NCBI GenBank assembly: GCA_964550795.1
Contig: CAZKBH010000020.1
Location: 8,111 to 72,110 of the forward strand
Direction of reading: 5' to 3'
DNA length: 64,000 nucleotides
DNA from: an uncultured Saprospiraceae bacterium
GTDB taxonomy: Bacteria > Bacteroidota > Bacteroidia > Chitinophagales > Saprospiraceae
In this document: positions 57,297 to 64,000 of the stretch, piece by piece
Layout: each line of letters begins with the position of its first letter
Position numbering within the stretch: the first letter of the stretch is position 1
The notes under the pieces: generated by a model
Seen by the model: the letters and a program-made list of their open reading frames with translations, nothing else
Databases searched by the model: none
What the model was told of the DNA's origin: nothing
Program-made: the position numbers and the translations under genes

Positions 57297-57372
57297 TTGG
57301 CTGCTGGTTTGATCATCGGTAGGTATAGCCCACCAAAATCGAATCATCTGTTCAACAAATCAACAAAGAAAT

Positions 57373-57750
57373 ATGGCACGTATTGCAGGTGTGGATTTGC
57401 CCCGCCACAAAAGAGGAATTATCAGCCTCACCTATATTTACGGCATTGGGCCGTCTTCCGCAAAAGCTATCCTTGAAAAGGCTGGCATTAGCGAAGATAC
57501 CAAGACCGAAGAATGGACGGATGACAACATCAAAGTCATTTCTCGGGTGCTTGCCGACGAATACAAGACGGAAGGCCAACTTCGTAGTGAGGTTCAATTG
57601 AACATCAAACGTTTGATGGACATCGGCTGCTATCGCGGACTCCGTCACCGTAAAGGATTACCACTTCGTGGCCAACGTACCCGTACCAACGCCCGTACTC
57701 GTAAGGGTAAGCGTAAGACGGTAGCCGGCAAGAAGAAAGTAACGAAGTAA
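57373..57750 (+). CDS. rpsM: 30S ribosomal protein S13
   Basis: '[22 protein letters not shown]', '[22 protein letters not shown]'. Confidence 0.97.
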   Translation: MARIAGVDLPRHKRGIISLTYIYGIGPSSAKAILEKAGISEDTKTEEWTDDNIKVISRVLADEYKTEGQLRSEVQLNIKRLMDIGCYRGLRHRKGLPLRGQRTRTNARTRKGKRKTVAGKKKVTK

Positions 57751-57751
57751 T

Positions 57752-57915
57752 TTGTTTAATGTGGTCAATAAAGCAATGTGGTCAATGTGTTTAATCTGGT
57801 CAATGTGTTTGGCCTTATCACATTGACCACATTAAACACATTGACCACATTCAAAATTGCCCACATTGACCACATTCGAAAATTGACCACATTAATTCTG
57901 ACCACATTCTCATAC
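57752..57915 (+). repeat. Intergenic hairpin element, ATGTGGTCAAT family, copy 4 (rpsM-rpsK spacer)
   Basis: taatgtggtcaat / gcaatgtggtcaatgtg / taatctggtcaatgtg, then cacattgaccacatt x4-5. Confidence 0.9.
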
Positions 57916-57916
57916 A

Positions 57917-58309
57917 ATGGCAAAAGGAGCAGCAAAAAAGGTTGTTAAGCGGAAAGTGAAGATTACCCCTGAGGGAATCGTTTTTATCCAGGCCAGCTTT
58001 AACAACATCATTATTTCCATCACCAACAAGCAAGGTGAGGTAGTGTCTTGGGCATCTGCTGGTAAAGCAGGTTTCCGCGGCTCAAAGAAAAACACCCCTT
58101 ATGCAGCGCAAGTTGCCGCGAGTGATGCTGCTAAAACAGCACATGAAGCTGGCATTCGTTCCGCAGAGGTGTTTGTGAAAGGCCCAGGCTCCGGTCGTGA
58201 ATCTGCCATCCGTGCTATTGACCAATCTGGCATTAAAGTACTCGTTATCAACGACGTAACTCCAATGCCGCATAACGGGTGCCGCCCTCCAAAGCGCCGC
58301 CGCGTATAA
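57917..58309 (+). CDS. rpsK: 30S ribosomal protein S11
   Basis: 'G...I.ASFNN..ISIT...G.V..W.SAG..GF.GSKK.TP.AAQ.AA', 'D.TP.PHNGCRP.K.RRV'. Confidence 0.97.
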   Translation: MAKGAAKKVVKRKVKITPEGIVFIQASFNNIIISITNKQGEVVSWASAGKAGFRGSKKNTPYAAQVAASDAAKTAHEAGIRSAEVFVKGPGSGRESAIRAIDQSGIKVLVINDVTPMPHNGCRPPKRRRV

Positions 58310-58458
58310 TTGAATGTGGTCAATGAGATCAATGTGGTCAATGTGCCACATTAACCACATTAACCACATTGGCCACATTAACCAAATTGGCCACATTGAC
58401 CACATTGGCCACATTAACCAAATTGGCCACATTCATTAAATTGACCACATTAGAATAA
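58310..58458 (+). repeat. Intergenic hairpin element, ATGTGGTCAAT family, copy 5 (rpsK-rpsD spacer)
   Basis: The short left arm (gaatgtggtcaatgagatcaatgtggtcaatgtg) is followed by a long array of about 10 units of 'ccacatt(a/g)(a/g)cc'. Confidence 0.9.
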
Positions 58459-58459
58459 G

Positions 58460-59074
58460 ATGGCTCGTTATACTGGACCAACCACAAAAAAAGCCCGCTC
58501 GTTCGGCGAACCAATTTTTGGTTTTGACAAAGCGTTCGAACGCCGCAAATACGGGCCAGGCCAGCACGGCCTGACGCGCAAAAAAAAGCAGCCTTCCAAC
58601 TATGCAGGGCAGCTTAAAGAAAAGCAAAAAGCAAAATACACTTACGGTGTTTTGGAGCGTCAGTTCCGTAAAACCTTTGTAAGCGCAACCCGTCGTCACG
58701 GGGTTACAGGCGAGGTTTTGCTTCAACTTTTGGAAGCTCGCTTGGACAACACGGTGTACCGTCTGGGGATTTCCCCAACCCGCCGTGGTGCCCGCCAATT
58801 GGTTGGTCACCGCCACGTAACCGTTAATGGCAAAGTGGTGAATATTCCTTCTTACTCATGCAAACCAGGGGATGTTATCTCTGTGCGCGGTAAATCGAAA
58901 GGTTTGGAAATCGTAACGACGCATGTTGGCGCTAAAACCAACAATGTACGTCAGTTCGGTTGGCTTGAGTGGAACGTTGATAAGATGCAAGGTGTGTTCC
59001 TTGCGTACCCACAACGCGATCAGATTCCAGAAAATATCAACGAACAGTTGATCGTCGAGTTGTACTCGAAATAA
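58460..59074 (+). CDS. rpsD: 30S ribosomal protein S4
   Basis: 'MARYTGP..K..R..G', 'QLLE.RLDN.VYR.G....R..ARQLV.H.H..VNG..VNIPSY'. Confidence 0.97.
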   Translation: MARYTGPTTKKARSFGEPIFGFDKAFERRKYGPGQHGLTRKKKQPSNYAGQLKEKQKAKYTYGVLERQFRKTFVSATRRHGVTGEVLLQLLEARLDNTVYRLGISPTRRGARQLVGHRHVTVNGKVVNIPSYSCKPGDVISVRGKSKGLEIVTTHVGAKTNNVRQFGWLEWNVDKMQGVFLAYPQRDQIPENINEQLIVELYSK

Positions 59075-59199
59075 TACACAGCAAACTCGGAACGGTTGGC
59101 CTTCTTTTGGAGGGCCAACCATTTTCGCGTTTCCCCCCTTACCTCTGCCGTCGAAAACAAACTAGTTTTTCCCACCAACACTCTCGGAGCATTCCACAT

Positions 59200-60198
59200 A
59201 TGAGTATTCTCAATTTCCAGAAGCCTGACAAAATCCTGTTGCAAAAAGCAACTGAGTTTGAAGGCACTTTCGAGTTCAAACCATTGGAGCCGGGTTTCGG
59301 TCAAACGGTTGGCAACTCGCTTCGCCGCGTTCTCCTCTCCTCACTCGAAGGCTATGCCATCAACGCCGTGCGCATTGGTGGTGTTGACCATGAGTTTGCG
59401 ACGATTAAGGGTGTGGTTGAAGACGTGGTGGACATTGTGCTTAACCTCAAGCAAGTGCGTATCAAACCTGTGGTTCAAGACGAAAAGAACACACAGGAGA
59501 AAATCTACCTCACCATCAGTGGTAAGGAAGAGTTTCGCGCCAGCGACATCGAGGATTTTACCAACGTGTTCAAAATCATGAATCCCGATCTCCTGCTTTG
59601 CCGCATGGAGCCATCGGTTACGCTTGAACTTGAGCTTACGATCAGCAAAGGCCGTGGTTATCAGCCCGCTGAAGACGGCGCACCAAAGGATGCAGCAATC
59701 GGGGTAATTCCAATTGATGCCATCTACACGCCCATCAAAAACGTCGCCTACCGTGTAGAAAGCACCCGTGTAGGTCAACGTACGGACTACGAAAAACTCA
59801 CCATTGACATCAGAACGGACGGAACCATCCATCCAGAAGATGCGATCCGGGAGGCAAGCAGAATCCTGATCCAGCATTTGATGCTGATTACGGACGAAAA
59901 TATTACTTTCGATACCCCAACAAATCGGGAAGAAAGTGTAGTGGACGAGCATATCCTCCACATGCGCAAATTGCTCAAAACTTCTCTCGAAGACCTGGAT
60001 CTCAGCGTTCGTGCATACAACTGCCTCAAGGCCGCCAAAATCAACACTTTGGCCGAATTGGTGCGCTACGATACCCATGAACTCCTCAAATTCCGCAATT
60101 TCGGTAAGAAATCGTTGGTAGAAATCGAGGAGCTGCTGCAAGACAAAAATCTGACCTTCGGCATGGACCTGGCGAAGTATAAGTTGGACGAAGAATAG
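59200..60198 (+). CDS. rpoA: DNA-directed RNA polymerase alpha subunit
   Basis: Internal ATG 59200 gives 332 aa. 'GNSLRRVLLSSLEGYAI', and the C-terminal domain 'LDLSVRAYNCLKAAKINTL.ELV......L.K.RNFGKKSL.EI'. Confidence 0.95.
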   Translation: MSILNFQKPDKILLQKATEFEGTFEFKPLEPGFGQTVGNSLRRVLLSSLEGYAINAVRIGGVDHEFATIKGVVEDVVDIVLNLKQVRIKPVVQDEKNTQEKIYLTISGKEEFRASDIEDFTNVFKIMNPDLLLCRMEPSVTLELELTISKGRGYQPAEDGAPKDAAIGVIPIDAIYTPIKNVAYRVESTRVGQRTDYEKLTIDIRTDGTIHPEDAIREASRILIQHLMLITDENITFDTPTNREESVVDEHILHMRKLLKTSLEDLDLSVRAYNCLKAAKINTLAELVRYDTHELLKFRNFGKKSLVEIEELLQDKNLTFGMDLAKYKLDEE

Positions 60199-60202
60199 TT
60201 AT

Positions 60203-60382
<180 letters not shown>

Positions 60383-60433
60383 AATTCCCCCTCTTGCTCC
60401 GGTGCCGCCACCTAAACAAAAGGTACTCTTTCA

Positions 60434-61093
60434 ATGAGACACGGAGACAAAATTAACAACCTCGGGCGTACAGAATCACACCGCCGCGCCCTGCTCGCAA
60501 ACCTGGCAATCGCCCTTGTTGAGCACAAACGAATCACCACTACACTTGCAAAGGCCAAGGCACTGCGTCGTTACGCAGAACCTTTGATTACCAAAGCAAA
60601 AGACAATTCTACCCACTCTCGCCGGATCGTGTTCGGCTACTTGCAGAATAAAGAAGCGGTAAAAGAGCTTTTTGGCAGCGTAGCAGAGAAAATTGGGGAT
60701 CGCCCAGGTGGCTACCTCCGCATCATCAAACTTGGCTTCCGTCGTGGTGACGGTGCAGAAACTGCCATGATTGAGTTTGTGGATTTCAACGAAACCTACG
60801 CTCCAAATGCAGGCAAGGTTCGCCAAGCGAAGAAAACCCGTCGTGGTGGTCGCAAAGCAGCCGTAGCCCAGGAGACAGCAGCGCCAGAAGTGGCAGAAGA
60901 AGCTGTAGTGGCTGAACCAGTGGCTGAAGTGGCAGAAGAAGTAGCTGCGCCAGTGGAAGCAGCAGTTGAAGAAGTAGTTGCTCCAGTAGAAACACCTGCT
61001 GAAGTAGTCGCTGAAGTTAGTGAAGCAGCACCAGCTGCGGAAGAGGCTGCACCAGAAGCACCTGCTGCGGAGGACAAAAAAGAAGATGCATAA
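60434..61093 (+). CDS. rplQ: 50S ribosomal protein L17 with Ala/Glu/Val/Pro-rich acidic C-terminal tail
   Basis: 'MRHG.K...LGR...HR.A.L.N....L..H..I.TT..KAK.LR...E.LIT.AK', 'GGY.RI.K...R.GD.A.MA.IE.V'. The tail is '[25 protein letters not shown]...'. Confidence 0.95.
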   Translation: MRHGDKINNLGRTESHRRALLANLAIALVEHKRITTTLAKAKALRRYAEPLITKAKDNSTHSRRIVFGYLQNKEAVKELFGSVAEKIGDRPGGYLRIIKLGFRRGDGAETAMIEFVDFNETYAPNAGKVRQAKKTRRGGRKAAVAQETAAPEVAEEAVVAEPVAEVAEEVAAPVEAAVEEVVAPVETPAEVVAEVSEAAPAAEEAAPEAPAAEDKKEDA

Positions 61094-61125
61094 GCACGCG
61101 CCCAACAGCGCGCTTGAAATACAAA

Positions 61126-61158
61126 GGCGACACCCCTAAACCGGGTGTCGCCTTTTTT
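61126..61158 (+). terminator. Rho-independent terminator at the end of the ribosomal super-operon
   Basis: ggcgacaccc-ctaaacc-gggtgtcgcc, followed by TTTTTT. Confidence 0.85.
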
Positions 61159-61330
61159 GCAATATGTAAAATAATAGCGTAATCCCATATTTAACATACC
61201 GGGTTAGAAAAATCAAAAACTTATCAATATTTTTGCTAATTATTTGTAGTCCAGGCCTGGACAATGAATAGAAAAACGTACTCAATTTTTCATCTCTAAA
61301 TCATTTTTATTATGAAACAATCCTTTCAAA

Positions 61331-63223
<1,893 letters not shown>

Positions 63224-63241
63224 TTGAGTCAATAAACCTTA

Positions 63242-63280
63242 CAGGGAACATGGGATGCCACCCATGTTCCCTGCTTTGTA
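63242..63280 (+). terminator. Rho-independent terminator
   Basis: Perfect 13-bp stem cagggaacatggg / cccatgttccctg, 6-nt loop, and a T-rich tail. Confidence 0.75.
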
Positions 63281-63303
63281 TTTCAAGTCAAACACCTCGC
63301 ATC

Positions 63304-64000
63304 ATGCAAAAGTACCTTCTCCCGCTGATTTTATATTTCGTCCTGGTGGGGACTTCCTTGAACGCGCAGTCCATTTATTATGTGCGACCCAATAGCTACC
63401 AAATAGACGACAACAAGTATTATTTTGGGGTCATAGATGTTTCTACTTGCCAAGACTCCACCATCTTTTTGATAAATAATACTAGCAACATCGCCGGAAT
63501 CTATGATGTAGCCGTATGTCCAGACGGTACTTTTTATTTTGTTTGTGGGAATGAAACTTTTCCGTATGAAATGGTTGGGCGGCTCAATTTTCAAGACAGC
63601 TCGATTGTTCCCATAGCCAATGTATTGCTTGGTAATTCTTTGACTTGCGATGGAAATGGTGTGCTTTGGGGAGGCGGAGTTGATTTATATTCTTATGACC
63701 CCTCTTTTGGTACATACATTAACTACGGTGATATTGGCTATGGATTAGCAGGCGACCTCACATTTCGAAATGGAAAACTATATGGGACTACCATAACCAA
63801 CGACTTCATTGAGATTGACCCATATAACCTTCCAGTTACTAATATTACTTACAACTACCCAGTAAATGAGTTTACATTTGGCGTAGTAAGCGTGGCGAAT
63901 TCCTGCGACTCTACAACTACCTATATTAGTGTTACGAATTCGCTTTCGCTTCCTCAACCCGATACAATCAATCGGATATATGCCATAGACCCAATATTAC
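63304..64000 (+). CDS. Hypothetical secreted protein; 3' end outside the window (not in the ORF track)
   Basis: Hand translation from ATG 63304 is open to the window end. 'MQKYLLPLILYFVLVGTSLNAQ' is a signal peptide, followed by beta-propeller-like 'DGTFYF', 'NGKLYGTT' segments. Confidence 0.6.
   Translation, partial: MQKYLLPLILYFVLVGTSLNAQSIYYVRPNSYQIDDNKYYFGVIDVSTCQDSTIFLINNTSNIAGIYDVAVCPDGTFYFVCGNETFPYEMVGRLNFQDSSIVPIANVLLGNSLTCDGNGVLWGGGVDLYSYDPSFGTYINYGDIGYGLAGDLTFRNGKLYGTTITNDFIEIDPYNLPVTNITYNYPVNEFTFGVVSVANSCDSTTTYISVTNSLSLPQPDTINRIYAIDPIL

Noticed and set aside
46998-58458. Possibility that the ATGTGGTCAAT arrays are CRISPR arrays
   Set aside because: The units are about 12 nt long and directly abutting or separated by only a few nucleotides. 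There are no unique 25-40-nt spacers, each array is followed by its own reverse complement, and no cas genes are present.
59341-60141. 266-codon minus-strand ORF
   Set aside because: It is antisense to rpoA. It has no recognisable motifs and is a shadow ORF of a highly conserved gene.
60476-61197. Minus-strand ORFs of 209 and 133 codons
   Set aside because: They are antisense to rplQ. They are low-complexity translations of the Ala/Glu-rich tail repeats.

Overview
The window looks like a Bacteroidota chromosome segment. This is an inference from several T9SS-type C-terminal sorting domains, lipoprotein and signal-peptide styles, and the S10-spc-alpha gene order. I saw no rRNA, tRNA or CRISPR array.

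Layout from left to right:
1. The 3' end of a Wadjet-like SMC ATPase (jetC) plus a Toprim-type jetD.
2. A kaiC-kaiB-kaiB module coupled to a large PAS/GAF hybrid histidine kinase, with no kaiA.
3. A small rearranged patch holding a lipoprotein, an Rpn/PD-(D/E)XK nuclease and a secreted protein. It is bracketed by two decayed copies of the same gene 3' end.
4. A roughly 24 kb accessory cluster (11.7-37.2 kb), the most interesting candidate system. It holds four paralogous, signal-peptide-bearing TPR-CHAT (caspase-like) proteins. Between them lie a giant T9SS-secreted S8 peptidase, a C1 papain-like lipoprotein peptidase, two further exported proteins, and a five-gene cassette of small membrane proteins that includes a ubiquitin-like beta-grasp protein with a Gly-rich tail. 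An ECF-type sigma/anti-sigma pair sits next to the cluster.
5. Two hypothetical genes, HMG-CoA synthase, an HhH-domain membrane protein, OmpA and Lrp/AsnC.
6. A complete ribosomal protein super-operon (rpsJ to rplQ, including secY, map, infA and rpoA). Its intergenic spacers are filled with unusual hairpin elements built from short tandem repeats followed by their reverse complements (the ATGTGGTCAAT family and others). S3 and L17 carry long low-complexity tails.
7. A T9SS protein with cohesin- and dockerin-like modules whose 5' end contains a (CA)18 microsatellite, a candidate phase-variation switch. A further secreted protein runs off the window end.

All functional calls rest on motifs read by eye from the translations. 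No database search was run.
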